Assembly: GCA_947496375.1 (NCBI GenBank) | Contig: CANMCY010000002.1 | Span: 53,082 to 117,081 of the forward strand | Length of the DNA stretch: 64,000 nucleotides | Origin: Flavobacteriales bacterium | GTDB taxonomy: Bacteria > Bacteroidota > Bacteroidia > NS11-12g > UBA955 | Direction of reading: 5' to 3' | Part shown: piece by piece, positions 1 to 9,874 of the stretch | Layout: each line of letters begins with the position of its first letter | How positions within the stretch are numbered: position 1 is the stretch's first letter | Program-made: the position numbers and the translations under genes | The notes under the pieces: generated by a model | What the model was told of the DNA's origin: nothing | Database searches by the model: none | Seen by the model: only the letters and a program-made list of their open reading frames with translations

Positions 1-109
1 GACGAATATCGGCAAGGGCCACCAGCTCGGCATCCGGGTTGCGTACAATCATTTCTGCGTGACGCTTTCCTATGTGCCCGGCACCAAGAACTGCAAATTT
101 TACTTTCAT
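1..109 (-). CDS. Gfo/Idh/MocA family oxidoreductase, N-terminal fragment (continues beyond window)
   Basis: Minus-strand ATG at 109..107 reads MKVKFAVLGAGHIGKRHAEMIVRNPDAELVALADIR. This is the Rossmann GxGxxG N-terminus typical of Gfo/Idh/MocA dehydrogenases. It overlaps the upstream ABC transporter stop by 4 nt (ATGA). Confidence 0.55.
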   Translation of the reverse strand, partial: MKVKFAVLGAGHIGKRHAEMIVRNPDAELVALADIR

Positions 110-1839
110 GTGTTGTAAGGGGTTAAATGCCTGTTTTCTAACGTATATACAGAATCGCAAATGTCGAAAACTTTTTCGCGATGCGCAATAATGATGAGGG
201 TTTTACCGAGATTTTTTAAGGCAAGCAGGTGAGAAAACAAGATTTTCTCTGTGGCATCGTCCAGCGCACTGCTGGGTTCATCCAGAATCAGCACCTCGCT
301 GTTGTGGTATATGGCCCTTGCCAGCGCTAGTCTCTGTTTTTGCCCTTCACTCAGCCGGGAACCATGATCCCCAACCTCCTCTTTGAGTATGTCGCCGGCG
401 GCTTCAGGCCAGGTAAAGGCGGCCATATCCAGGGCCTTCAGCATCCGGGATTCTTCCTTTTCCTCAGACCCAAAAACCACATTATCTGCGATGCTTCCAT
501 TGATGATGTAAGGATCTTGACCCAAATAGGAAAATAATTCCAGGGCACTGTGCTGCTCATCCATTTTCAGATCATCCACGATTACCTCACCGGATGCGGG
601 CTGATAATAACCCATCAGCAGCTTCACCAGCGTAGATTTCCCGGCACCGGAAATCCCTCGGATACCAACACACTCACCTTTGCGAATGCTAAGGTTCAGG
701 TTGCTGATAATTTCAGGTTTATCGCTAAACGCAAAATGAATGTCTTTCATCACTATTTGCTGTTTAAACGTACTGATATTTTTCTGTATATGGGACTTTT
801 CAGCCACCACCGGCCTAAGCTGTTCATAGGTGTATGCACTCAATTTCAGGTGCATTAAACTCTGCAAAACGCGGTTGGCAGCGGGCAACATTCTAAACAC
901 TGCAATGGCAAACAGCGCAGCCAGGGCGCGCACCTGACCTATATTATCACTGGAGAAAAAATAGGCATAAATCACCAGCAGGGTAATGCCCATCAGCGCT
1001 ATCATTTCGTTCACCCTGAACGGCAATGTCTGCAGGTTGATAGCACGAATTCCGCTTTCGGAAAAACCCCGGAAATGCCGCAGCATTTTTTCACGGAAAT
1101 AATCCTCCGCACCATGGGTGATAATATCAGTGAAACCACCACTGCCGTAGTTAATTTCCCGCAATGCCCTGTCTCTGAATTGTGCTCCGGCCTCGCCCAG
1201 TTCTGTAATTCGCCTTCGCGCAAACCGATTCACCAGAAAAAAACCACCGCCAATCAACCCGACAATGAGAAAAAAGATGAACGGATTGTACCAGGTAAAA
1301 AATGCGGTAAGCAGCACCACAATGGCCATTTCACTCATGAGGGTCAGATACGGGATGTAGCTTCCGGAAACGAAATAAAACGGCGAAAAGAACACCACTT
1401 CGTTAAACCCGGGCCCATCGTGATTGAGGCGGTCGTAGGATCGGTCCTGAAAAACACGGCTATAAGCCCGACCGGAAAGACTCAGCGCAATTTCAGAAGC
1501 GGTTTTACGAATGTATTGCTGCAGAAAAAATGCCAGTATTCCTTTCACCAAAAAAAAGAAAAGAATGATGATGATAAGGGTTTTCAGAAAATTGGCCTCA
1601 GAAGTAAATCCCAGCTGGTGGAAGATAAACCTCAACTTGCTGCTTTTTTCCAGAAAAGAATGGTCCAGTGCCAGCATTAATACGGGAACCATACTTCCCA
1701 AACCAATGATATCCGCAAAGGCAAGTAAGGTCTGACCGAAAATAATCAACCGGGTTCTGCCCTGCTGCACCGGTGTGAGCAATTGCCTGAAACCCCTGTG
1801 GGCGGTGATGATAATTTGCCTTGCGTTCAATGAAGGCAA
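106..1839 (-). CDS. ABC transporter, fused permease/ATP-binding protein (type I exporter, MsbA-like)
   Basis: 577-aa ORF with an N-terminal multi-TM region. The C-terminal ABC ATPase carries Walker A GISGAGKST, the signature LSEGQKQRLALARA and Walker B ILDEPSSALD. Confidence 0.85.
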   Translation of the reverse strand: MPSLNARQIIITAHRGFRQLLTPVQQGRTRLIIFGQTLLAFADIIGLGSMVPVLMLALDHSFLEKSSKLRFIFHQLGFTSEANFLKTLIIIILFFFLVKGILAFFLQQYIRKTASEIALSLSGRAYSRVFQDRSYDRLNHDGPGFNEVVFFSPFYFVSGSYIPYLTLMSEMAIVVLLTAFFTWYNPFIFFLIVGLIGGGFFLVNRFARRRITELGEAGAQFRDRALREINYGSGGFTDIITHGAEDYFREKMLRHFRGFSESGIRAINLQTLPFRVNEMIALMGITLLVIYAYFFSSDNIGQVRALAALFAIAVFRMLPAANRVLQSLMHLKLSAYTYEQLRPVVAEKSHIQKNISTFKQQIVMKDIHFAFSDKPEIISNLNLSIRKGECVGIRGISGAGKSTLVKLLMGYYQPASGEVIVDDLKMDEQHSALELFSYLGQDPYIINGSIADNVVFGSEEKEESRMLKALDMAAFTWPEAAGDILKEEVGDHGSRLSEGQKQRLALARAIYHNSEVLILDEPSSALDDATEKILFSHLLALKNLGKTLIIIAHREKVFDICDSVYTLENRHLTPYNT

Positions 1840-1897
1840 AGGTACGTCGATAAATGGATTTTGTAAATTATGCCCTTTTGTGAACCTTTGCAGTGAA

Positions 1898-2860
1898 ATG
1901 CAGAAAGAAACTGTTTTGGTGATTGGTGCCTGCGGACAGCTGGGTACTGAGCTTGTGGAAGCCCTTAGGGGTATTTATGGCGAAAATCATGTGGTGGCCA
2001 GCGATGTGAAAAAAAGCGATAATGCCGTTTTTCAGACCGGCCCATTTGAAACACTCGATATTTTGGATAAACCCCGGCTGCTGGAAATACTGGAAAAGTA
2101 TAAACCCACCCAGGTGTATCATCTGGCAGCCCTGCTCAGTGCAACGGCTGAAAAAATGCCTGAATTTGCCTGGAAACTCAATATGGACGGTCTTTTTCAC
2201 CTGCTGGATGCAACCCGCGATACCGGCATTGTGAAAAAAGTGTACTGGCCCAGCAGCATTGCGGCTTTCGGGCCGAACACCCCAAGGTTCAACACCCCGC
2301 AGTATGGCGCCATGGATCCAACCACGGTTTACGGCATCAGCAAACTGGCGGGTGAATTGTATGCACAATACTATTTCAACCGCTGGGGCGTAGATACCCG
2401 CTCATTGCGTTATCCCGGGCTGATTGGCTATAAATCAGCTCCCGGCGGCGGCACTACCGACTATGCCGTATCCATCTACCACGATGCACTTACCACCGGC
2501 AAACACCACTGTTTCCTAAAACCCGGCACCATATTGCCCATGCTGTATATGCCCGATGCGCTGAAAGCCACGCTTGACATTATGCATGCGCCGGCAGAAA
2601 AAGTAAAAATCCGAAGCAGCTACAACCTGGCGGGCATGAGTTTTGGTCCGGAAGAAATTACGGCGGCCATTCAAAAGCACATTCCCGGATTTGAGAGCAC
2701 CTACGAACCCGACTACCGACAGGCCATTGCCGATTCATGGCCCGCCGTGATAGACGATAGCAGGGCCCGCGAAGACTGGGGCTGGAAACCCGATTATGAC
2801 CTCGACAGGATGACAGCAGATATGTTGGAAAACCTGAGGAAGTTGAGAGTTAATAGTTGA
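1898..2860 (+). CDS. NAD-dependent epimerase/dehydratase family protein, probable SDR-type L-threonine 3-dehydrogenase
   Basis: N-terminus VLVIGACGQLGTELVEAL (Rossmann motif) and catalytic YGISK (YxxxK). About 320 aa from the ATG at 1898; the listed ORF extends upstream from 1775. Family assignment is solid; the specific substrate is inferred. Confidence 0.6.
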   Translation: MQKETVLVIGACGQLGTELVEALRGIYGENHVVASDVKKSDNAVFQTGPFETLDILDKPRLLEILEKYKPTQVYHLAALLSATAEKMPEFAWKLNMDGLFHLLDATRDTGIVKKVYWPSSIAAFGPNTPRFNTPQYGAMDPTTVYGISKLAGELYAQYYFNRWGVDTRSLRYPGLIGYKSAPGGGTTDYAVSIYHDALTTGKHHCFLKPGTILPMLYMPDALKATLDIMHAPAEKVKIRSSYNLAGMSFGPEEITAAIQKHIPGFESTYEPDYRQAIADSWPAVIDDSRAREDWGWKPDYDLDRMTADMLENLRKLRVNS

Positions 2861-2864
2861 CAGT

Positions 2865-3420
2865 CTACAGTTGATAGTCTGTCCGTGCCTGAATAAGGTT
2901 GACCGTTTTTAGGTTTATTATTTTACACTTATTGTAGCTCCATAGGAGCGAAATATTACTAGCGCCGAAGGCGCGGCATATCGATGTTGTTTCTGCCAAT
3001 ATGCGACCCCCTTCGGGGTCGAGCATTCCATGCGCCGTTCCGGCTAGAGATGTTTGACCCCTTCGGGGTCAGCGCTGCAGGCGTTGTTCAAAAAGACAGG
3101 GGGGTTCTGCCAATAGGACTCGGTAGCCACCATAAATAGTCGTGACCCCGAAGGGGTCAAACATCTCTAGCCCCGTAGGGGCGACATTGGGAATTCTACA
3201 GATAGGTTTAGGAAACAGCCATGTAGCCAGGAACAACCCATCCAAGGTTGGGGTTGCATCGGTATTAAAAGCCAGACATGGAATTTTAAATATAGTTTCG
3301 GTATTAACCATGTACAAGCAGGACCCCAACGGGGTTATACATCTCTAGCCCCGTAGGGGCGAAAAAATCGACCCCGGAGGGGTCGTACAAACGAGGATGA
3401 ATTTTGTGGTCTGTGGGCAT
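2865..3420. repeat. Cluster of GC-stem/tetraloop hairpins with internal inverted and direct repeats
   Basis: Hairpins include gaccccttcggggtc (x2), gaccccgaaggggtc, agccccgtaggggcg (x2), gaccccaacggggtt, cgaccccggaggggtcg and gcgccgaaggcgcgg. ggctagagatgtttgacccc (~3036-3055) is the inverse of ggggtcaaacatctctagcc (~3153-3172). catctctagccccgtaggggcga is directly repeated at ~3163 and ~3340. Confidence 0.8.
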
Positions 3421-3661
3421 GCCAACCACGTTTCTATGGATGAGAAAACGTATATGCCTGAATTAAAGTGCTGCAAGTATGGTAATCGCCCCTTTAAAAA
3501 ACAACAATATAAACATTTTTATTCGTAGATATTTATTATTTTTGTGGTGCGGGGTTATTGAACTACATTTTCCTTGGTGCGCTCAAGTGATTAAATATGA
3601 ATTTCATTTCGGGTCAATGCTGTTATCCCAATAACCTTTCGACTGATATAATTCAACCTAC

Positions 3662-4525
3662 ATGGAACTGGCGTTACAAAACATAGAAAGTAGAATTTTT
3701 AACCTACGTGGCCAACAGGTAATGCTGGATAGTGATTTGGCAGAAATGTATCAAACAGAAACGAAATACATCAACCGGGCTGTACATAGAAATCCAAGTC
3801 GGTTTCCGTCAGCTTTTGCCTTTCAACTTACTGATGATGAATGGAAATCTTTAAGGTTCCAAATTGGCACTTCAAGAGCAACCCATGGTGGCAGAAGAAA
3901 AGTCCCTACCGTTTTTACCGAACAGGGTGTATCCATGCTATCGGCGGTTCTTAATACAGCAGTGGCCATTGATGTAAGCATCCAAATCATACAAGCCTTT
4001 GTAGCCATGCGCAGAACCTTGGGTAACTTACATGGCCTCTTACAACGCCTGGAGGGTTTGGAAATTAAGCAATTACAAACCGATAGCAAACTGGAGTTGA
4101 TATTGAGTGCTTTAGAAACCAATACCTCACCCAAACAAGGTGTTTTTTTTGAAGGACAGCTGTTTGATGCCCATGTATTTGCCAGCGACATTATTAAAAA
4201 AGCGAATAAGAGTCTGATATTAATTGACAACTATGTAGACGAAACCTCACTGTTGTTGCTCAGTAAGCGAAAAAAAGGCGTTAGCTGCACCGTGCATACC
4301 CATCTGCGTCCTGTATTGAAAAAAGACTTGGAGAAACACAACCAACAATATCCCAGCATCAATATCATTGAAAACAGTAGCAGTCATGACCGATTTTTAA
4401 TCATTGATAATTCTCACCTATATCACATTGGCGCTTCGCTGAAAGATTTGGGTAATAAATGTTTCGCCTTCAGCAGAATGGATGATGTTTTGGGTGATAT
4501 AAAAATGAAATTATTAAAAGTCTGA
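3662..4525 (+). CDS. ORF6N domain-containing protein (KilA-N-like DNA-binding N-terminus), C-terminal domain unknown
   Basis: N-terminal ~110 aa (RIFNLRGQQVMLDSDLAEMYQTETKYINRAVHRNPSRFPSAFAFQLTDDEW...GGRRKVPTVFTEQGVSMLSAVLNTAVAIDVSIQIIQAF) matches the ORF6N family that is abundant in Bacteroidota accessory regions. Confidence 0.7.
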   Translation: MELALQNIESRIFNLRGQQVMLDSDLAEMYQTETKYINRAVHRNPSRFPSAFAFQLTDDEWKSLRFQIGTSRATHGGRRKVPTVFTEQGVSMLSAVLNTAVAIDVSIQIIQAFVAMRRTLGNLHGLLQRLEGLEIKQLQTDSKLELILSALETNTSPKQGVFFEGQLFDAHVFASDIIKKANKSLILIDNYVDETSLLLLSKRKKGVSCTVHTHLRPVLKKDLEKHNQQYPSINIIENSSSHDRFLIIDNSHLYHIGASLKDLGNKCFAFSRMDDVLGDIKMKLLKV

Positions 4526-4632
4526 ATACAAAAAAGAGAACCTAAAAATGAGGGGGCTTGGAATGTGTTAAAAGAAAAATAGCGCGTTCCGCCTTTTCCC
4601 ATCTCTAACATTTCTGTATTACCTTTACCCTC

Positions 4633-5820
4633 ATGTCCGCCGGTGCCATTACCCGCAGCATCTGGGTGCTTTCCCTGGTGAGCCTGTTTACCGACATGGC
4701 CTCTGATATGCTCTACCCCGTGATGCCCGCATACCTTCGCAGCATCGGATTTAGCGTGGCCTTTATCGGGTTGCTGGAAGGCATTGCTGAAGCCGCCGCC
4801 GGACTGAGCAAGGGCTACTTCGGCTACTGGAGCGATATGAGCGGAAAACGCCTGCCCTTTGTGCGACTGGGCTACACCCTCAGCGCGCTTTCCAAACCCC
4901 TTATGGCCGCCATGACTTTTCCTTTGTGGATTTTCTTAGTACGCACCCTCGACCGGCTGGGTAAGGGCATGCGCACCGGCGCCCGCGATGCCATCCTCGC
5001 TGATGCCTCTACCGATGGTAACCGTGGTAAAGTTTTTGGCTTCCACCGCAGCATGGATACCGTGGGTGCAGCACTGGGACCGGCTCTGGCACTGATATGG
5101 CTGTATTTTCGTCCCGGAGATTACATCCCCCTGTTTTTTATCGCCTTCCTGCCGGGCATCATCTCCGTGCTGCTGTTGTTTACCCTCAAAGAACAAAACA
5201 ACCTTGCCCCGCAAGGCAAAACCATCACCTTTAGTGACAGTATGCGATGGCTCAAAACTGCAACGCCCGCATACCGCACCCTGTTATGGGGTCTGCTGCT
5301 GTTTGCCTCCATCAACAGCGCTGAAATTTTTCTGTTGCTTCGCGCCAAAGATCTGGGCATGAGCGACGCCGGCGTTGTAGGACTCTACATTTTCTTCAAC
5401 CTCATTTTTGCCCTGCTGGCCTATCCCCTCGGTCGCCTCTCCGATACCATGGGCATGAAACGGATTTTCCTATTGGGACTGGCCCTGTTCGCAATCACTT
5501 ACCTGGGCATGGCCCTGCTTAGTTCCACTACTGCCATCATTGCGCTGTTCTTTGTTTATGGGGGATTTGCTGCTGCCACCGACGGACTTGCGAAGGCATG
5601 GATTAGCAAGGTGTGCGGCCCCCGTGAAAAAGCCGTAGGACTGGGCACATTTGCCGGGCTGCAAAGTCTGTCGTTGCTGCTGGCCAGCGTTTGGGCCGGC
5701 TTGCTGTGGGATATCGCAGGCCCTATGACCGTTTTTCTGCTGACCGCCGGCCTAAGCATTCCCGTGGGTTTGTATTTCCTGTTGAAGGTGAAGGAAATCG
5801 ACCCGACCGAAAAACCTTAG
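4633..5820 (+). CDS. MFS transporter
   Basis: 395 aa with about 12 predicted hydrophobic helices and MFS-like loop motifs (GxLSDRxGxR-like: GYWSDMSGKR, and later GRLSDTMGMKR). Confidence 0.75.
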   Translation: MSAGAITRSIWVLSLVSLFTDMASDMLYPVMPAYLRSIGFSVAFIGLLEGIAEAAAGLSKGYFGYWSDMSGKRLPFVRLGYTLSALSKPLMAAMTFPLWIFLVRTLDRLGKGMRTGARDAILADASTDGNRGKVFGFHRSMDTVGAALGPALALIWLYFRPGDYIPLFFIAFLPGIISVLLLFTLKEQNNLAPQGKTITFSDSMRWLKTATPAYRTLLWGLLLFASINSAEIFLLLRAKDLGMSDAGVVGLYIFFNLIFALLAYPLGRLSDTMGMKRIFLLGLALFAITYLGMALLSSTTAIIALFFVYGGFAAATDGLAKAWISKVCGPREKAVGLGTFAGLQSLSLLLASVWAGLLWDIAGPMTVFLLTAGLSIPVGLYFLLKVKEIDPTEKP

Positions 5821-5876
5821 TCATCTGTGTTTGCTGCGGATTTATAAAAATAACTTGTGAATAATATTACAAGTTG

Positions 5877-5884
5877 TACATTTG
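5877..5884 (+). promoter_or_regulatory. Bacteroidota sigma-A -7 box (TACATTTG, TAnnTTTG consensus) for the PKD lipoprotein gene
   Basis: Motif read directly from the sequence. The ATG at 5907 lies ~23 nt downstream. A 6-bp inverted repeat acttgt...acaagt sits just upstream. Confidence 0.45.
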
Positions 5885-5906
5885 TAATACAAAAAATACT
5901 AATATC

Positions 5907-6620
5907 ATGAAAAACATTAATATTTTACTTTTTGCATCTATGTTGTCACTATGTTTTGCTACAGCATGCAAAAAAGAAAAGGCGAAGCTGCAGCCAGTTG
6001 CTGACTTTATTTATTCAGGTAACAATATCCCGGCTCCTTGTACCGTTACATTTAACAATATCTCTACAAATGCTTCCAGTTACACATGGGATTTTGGAGA
6101 TAATAGCACATCGAGTCAGAAAAGTCCACAGCACACCTACTCAATGGGTGGCGTATACACTGTAAAATTGACCGCAACCGGTGAAGGAGGTTCTAATACT
6201 ACTTCAAAAACGGTTAACATTCAAAATGCACCAACAAAATGCTTCATAAAATCAGTAACTCTTAATGCAATGCCATTTACGGATGGAGCTGGTGCTGGTT
6301 GGGATCCCTTTGATGGACCAGATGTTTTTATACAAATTAAAAATGATGCTGGAACTATCCTTTTTGATGCTACTTCGGCAAGAAAAGAAAATATAGTATC
6401 CACCAATTTACCGATAAAGTGGAATATTACTACTCCAATTGAAGTAACACCCTTGAATGTTAGAAGGAATATTTATTTATACGATTTTGACTCGTTCGAT
6501 CCCAATGATTTAATTGGAGGAGTTGGCTTTTTCCCAAGTTCATTTACTGCGGGCTATCCAAATAGCGCAATGGTTACTTATCAGGGTGTAACTTTTGTTT
6601 TAGAATTACAATGGCAATAA
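5907..6620 (+). CDS. PKD domain-containing lipoprotein
   Basis: Lipoprotein signal MKNINILLFASMLSLCFATAC. PKD-like segment YTWDFGDNSTSSQKSPQHTYSMGGVYTVKLTATGEGG. Confidence 0.65.
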   Translation: MKNINILLFASMLSLCFATACKKEKAKLQPVADFIYSGNNIPAPCTVTFNNISTNASSYTWDFGDNSTSSQKSPQHTYSMGGVYTVKLTATGEGGSNTTSKTVNIQNAPTKCFIKSVTLNAMPFTDGAGAGWDPFDGPDVFIQIKNDAGTILFDATSARKENIVSTNLPIKWNITTPIEVTPLNVRRNIYLYDFDSFDPNDLIGGVGFFPSSFTAGYPNSAMVTYQGVTFVLELQWQ

Positions 6621-6692
6621 AATACTATGGGGTTGGATTTTAGCCGCAGTGTATTTTGAATTAATGGTTTTCAAAACTGTTACCTTTACAGC

Positions 6693-7472
6693 ATGAAAAA
6701 CCTAAAAACAGCCCTTGTTACCGGTGCTTCGGGAGGCCTGGGACTTGAATTTGCCCGACTGCTGGCGGCAGACGGATACCGCGTTGTGCTGGTGGCACGC
6801 AATGAATCTGCCCTGAGGGATGTGGCTTCAGAACTGCAATCGCTGTATGGCGCAGAAGCCCACTGCTACCCCACAGACCTCTCCAAACCGGAAAACGTGG
6901 AGACCCTGTTACAACAACTTACATCTGACAACCTTAGCATTGATTGCCTGATCAACAATGCCGGTTTTGGCGATGCCGGCTATTTTCTGGATAAGCCGTT
7001 TTCCATGCACCGGGAAATGATGATGCTGAATATGTTCGCCCTTACCCGGCTCACCCATGCCCTGGCCATGGAAATGAAAGCCAAAGGACACGGCTACATC
7101 CTTAACCTGGCCTCTACGGCTGCTTTTCAGCCCGCCCCGGCCTTCGCACTGTATGCTGCCACCAAATCGTTTGTACTCAGCTTCAGCGAAGCACTGCGCT
7201 ACGAACTGCGTCAATCCGGGGTGAGCGTAACGGTATCCTGCCCCGGCCCCACGGAAACGGCTTTTCATGACCGTGCTGCCACCCGCACTTCCAAAATTAT
7301 GCAAATGGGCATGATGAAACCCGAAGTAGTGGCTGAACAGGCCTATAAAGCCCTTAAAGCCGGCAAAAGAAGGGTGGTTCACGGCTGGCTGAATAAGATA
7401 TTGGCCATGAGCGGAAGCTTTACACCCCGTGACGTGCTTATCGCCACTACGCATAAAATGATGAAGCCGTAA
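6693..7472 (+). CDS. SDR family oxidoreductase
   Basis: Short-chain dehydrogenase motifs TGASGGLGLEFA (cofactor binding), NNAGFG and YAATK (YxxxK). Confidence 0.85.
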   Translation: MKNLKTALVTGASGGLGLEFARLLAADGYRVVLVARNESALRDVASELQSLYGAEAHCYPTDLSKPENVETLLQQLTSDNLSIDCLINNAGFGDAGYFLDKPFSMHREMMMLNMFALTRLTHALAMEMKAKGHGYILNLASTAAFQPAPAFALYAATKSFVLSFSEALRYELRQSGVSVTVSCPGPTETAFHDRAATRTSKIMQMGMMKPEVVAEQAYKALKAGKRRVVHGWLNKILAMSGSFTPRDVLIATTHKMMKP

Positions 7473-7562
7473 AGGGTTGAGTAGGCGAATGGTTTAATCG
7501 TTGAATCCGATTACCGGTTGGCCCGGGAATTCTATGTGTTGCAGTATTATCGAAAAATCGGC

Positions 7563-8033
7563 TTATGCCAGTACATCCCAGGTTCTGTCTGCCAGCAATC
7601 GCACCGTGTGCAGAAATTCTGCAAAAGGCATTTCCTTGCCCCATTCATAGGGCGCCACCATGCTCAGCACCTGGGTGCCATCGTGTTTTTGGTATAGGTG
7701 GTAAATGCCGCCAATCACGGGCTCAAAATTGATGGATGCCTGATAAATGGCATGGCTCACCTCCAATCGCTTTTCTATGTCACGGGCCTGCTGTATCAGC
7801 AGTGCGGCCTGCTTGCGCAGCATGTCAATCTGCTGCTGGGCCTGATGTTGCATGGCCTCATGGGCATTGGCTTTCAGCAGGCGCTTGTCGATGGGCTCAA
7901 TTTTGGGCGAACTCACCGACAGGGCATACGGGGCCTGGCTCAGCTCCCCCTGGTACAGGGCATCCTTGAGGTAATCGGGCCTGTTGTCAATGACTTCGTT
8001 TTCTTCCATGGGCGTATACACTAACAACCACAA
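7563..8033 (-). CDS. hypothetical protein (possibly DUF2452 family)
   Basis: 156-aa ORF with coding-like composition. No motif recognised; the DUF assignment is a recollection only. Confidence 0.4.
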   Translation of the reverse strand: MWLLVYTPMEENEVIDNRPDYLKDALYQGELSQAPYALSVSSPKIEPIDKRLLKANAHEAMQHQAQQQIDMLRKQAALLIQQARDIEKRLEVSHAIYQASINFEPVIGGIYHLYQKHDGTQVLSMVAPYEWGKEMPFAEFLHTVRLLADRTWDVLA

Positions 8034-8046
8034 GGGTCATTTTGTT

Positions 8047-9333
8047 CTAACGCTTACCCCGGGTGTTTTCCAGTCCGTAGCCAATCAGTTCGTCGTAGTT
8101 CATGGTCTGATTGCGGTGGTACATCAAAACCATATAATTGTTCTCTGTTTCGCTATGAGACCCTTCGAAGCGTCTTGTATCCACCGAGCCGTCTGCAGGG
8201 TCGTAAACCGCATAAGAATAGTTGTAGTAGGCCTGTTTTAAGGGTATGACTGCCTCGTAGGTCTTGTTATCGGGATTGTAGAACATTTCACAATCGGGGT
8301 GTATGCGCCAGTCGCTAAGTTCACCGTACACAAATACTTTTTTGTTTTTAAGCTCTTCATCGCTTTTGAGCGTGAAATGCACAAAGCAGTAGTCACCCTC
8401 GGCAGAAGCCCCCGAAGGCAGCGGAATATCCCTGCTAAACAGAAAATAGCGCCCATTGTAATCGGCCCAGTTAAAATAGCGGTCAAAGCGGCGCGTCTGG
8501 TCGTTGATAAGCACAATATGCTTTTGCCCGGCCACATTGAAACGCTGTTTCACTCCGGCAGTACTTTGGCGAAAACTGCGGATGTCGAAAAAACGGAATT
8601 CGTTCAGCCCCTCAAACTGATTGCCTGTCTGGTACTGGTAATTATAGCTGTTACCGGAAATAAACTGAGGTGCCAGCCCGGTATTGGCTGTTATCCATTC
8701 CCCATTGCGGAGTATGACGGCCTTGAGGTCCTGGTAGGGTTTGGGCATAAAGTAATTGTCTGTCAGCACAAAGTTGAAATTCACCTGCTGGTGAGTGGGA
8801 CGAAGTTCTACCTGCGAACTTTGAATGACGGTAAGATCCACACGGCCCTTCATATCCAGTACCACCAGACGACGAGACAGCACAATATCGGTCTCATCAT
8901 AATTGCGGTACACCGTCAGCAGGTAGTTTCCCGAAATTTTCGGCGTGGTATTCGCAGAAGGCACGGGGGCCTCATAGTGCACGAATTTCATTAGGGTACC
9001 GTTGCTGAAAGTAACCGATTCGATGTTTTCGTAGCCCTGTCCGTTCAGGTATTGGTTTTTCTGCAAAGCAGAGGGGTTCCAGAGGGCATCGCAGTGTACA
9101 AGGGTGTATTGATAGTAATCCCGCTCATCAGTAAGCTGATCAAATTCCAGTTTCAGGGAGCCGGCTTCACCCATTTGCACCAGGGGAAAAGGAAATCCCG
9201 AGGTAGAATTTTCCATTTTAACGGTGCGAATGTCTTTCTCATAGATGGCATTGGCATAGCGCAATGCGCTGTCTTTGGTGGCCCAAAGGCAAAAGGGGAA
9301 GAGCAAAAGCAGGCCGGCAACAAAATTTCTCAT
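8047..9333 (-). CDS. hypothetical secreted protein (possibly DUF5103 family)
   Basis: Signal peptide MRNFVAGLLLLFPFCLWA from the ATG at 9333. The listed ORF start at 9399 lies upstream of this signal peptide. Large Tyr/Asn-rich, probably beta-rich domain; no catalytic motif recognised. Confidence 0.45.
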   Translation of the reverse strand: MRNFVAGLLLLFPFCLWATKDSALRYANAIYEKDIRTVKMENSTSGFPFPLVQMGEAGSLKLEFDQLTDERDYYQYTLVHCDALWNPSALQKNQYLNGQGYENIESVTFSNGTLMKFVHYEAPVPSANTTPKISGNYLLTVYRNYDETDIVLSRRLVVLDMKGRVDLTVIQSSQVELRPTHQQVNFNFVLTDNYFMPKPYQDLKAVILRNGEWITANTGLAPQFISGNSYNYQYQTGNQFEGLNEFRFFDIRSFRQSTAGVKQRFNVAGQKHIVLINDQTRRFDRYFNWADYNGRYFLFSRDIPLPSGASAEGDYCFVHFTLKSDEELKNKKVFVYGELSDWRIHPDCEMFYNPDNKTYEAVIPLKQAYYNYSYAVYDPADGSVDTRRFEGSHSETENNYMVLMYHRNQTMNYDELIGYGLENTRGKR

Positions 9334-9874
9334 GCTGTTAATCGTTATTCCAAATGTATGCCAAAAAAAGTATTTTGTAGAGAAGCAAGAGAGGAACACT
9401 AAAGGTTTTAGGCAAATCTGATTGCGAAAAATAATGCATAATTAGCAAAACACATACATAAATACGGGTTGTTTTTTTGTGTGAATTAACACTGACGGCT
9501 ATTTGAGATATGCTTAGACCGCAGAAGGCACGTCATTATTGAATGAAAGCCGATTCATATTCATGAAAGCATTGTATATCAATGTTTTTGCAGTTTGTCA
9601 GCTCCCATATTTATAAAGGAACGCGTACGCACGCGCTACGCATTAATGTAAGGCAAAGTTACTAAATAAACAAATTTTTTTGAAAAATTTTTTGTGAACG
9701 ACTGTGCATAAACAACGGGGCAAAATAATCGTGAAATAGTGGCAATAAAATTTGGATTTTTGGAGATTGTATATTATATTTGTTGTTCATCCCTTTTCCA
9801 ACTTAACGCTAAAACAAAAAACACCACAAAAGTGGCTCCCTCCCCCTTTGTGCTTAAAAAAGAAAAATAATATC

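Noticed and set aside
2865-3420. tRNA or other structured RNA genes in hairpin-rich intergenic regions
   Set aside because: No cloverleaf-compatible arrangement or conserved T-loop sequence (GTTCRANYC). The hairpins are simple short stems.
6909-7454. 181-aa antisense ORF inside the SDR gene, and similar His/Gly-rich antisense ORFs (43949..44821 and others)
   Set aside because: These are the mirror-frame of conserved coding sequence with biased, low-complexity composition. No start context or independent support.
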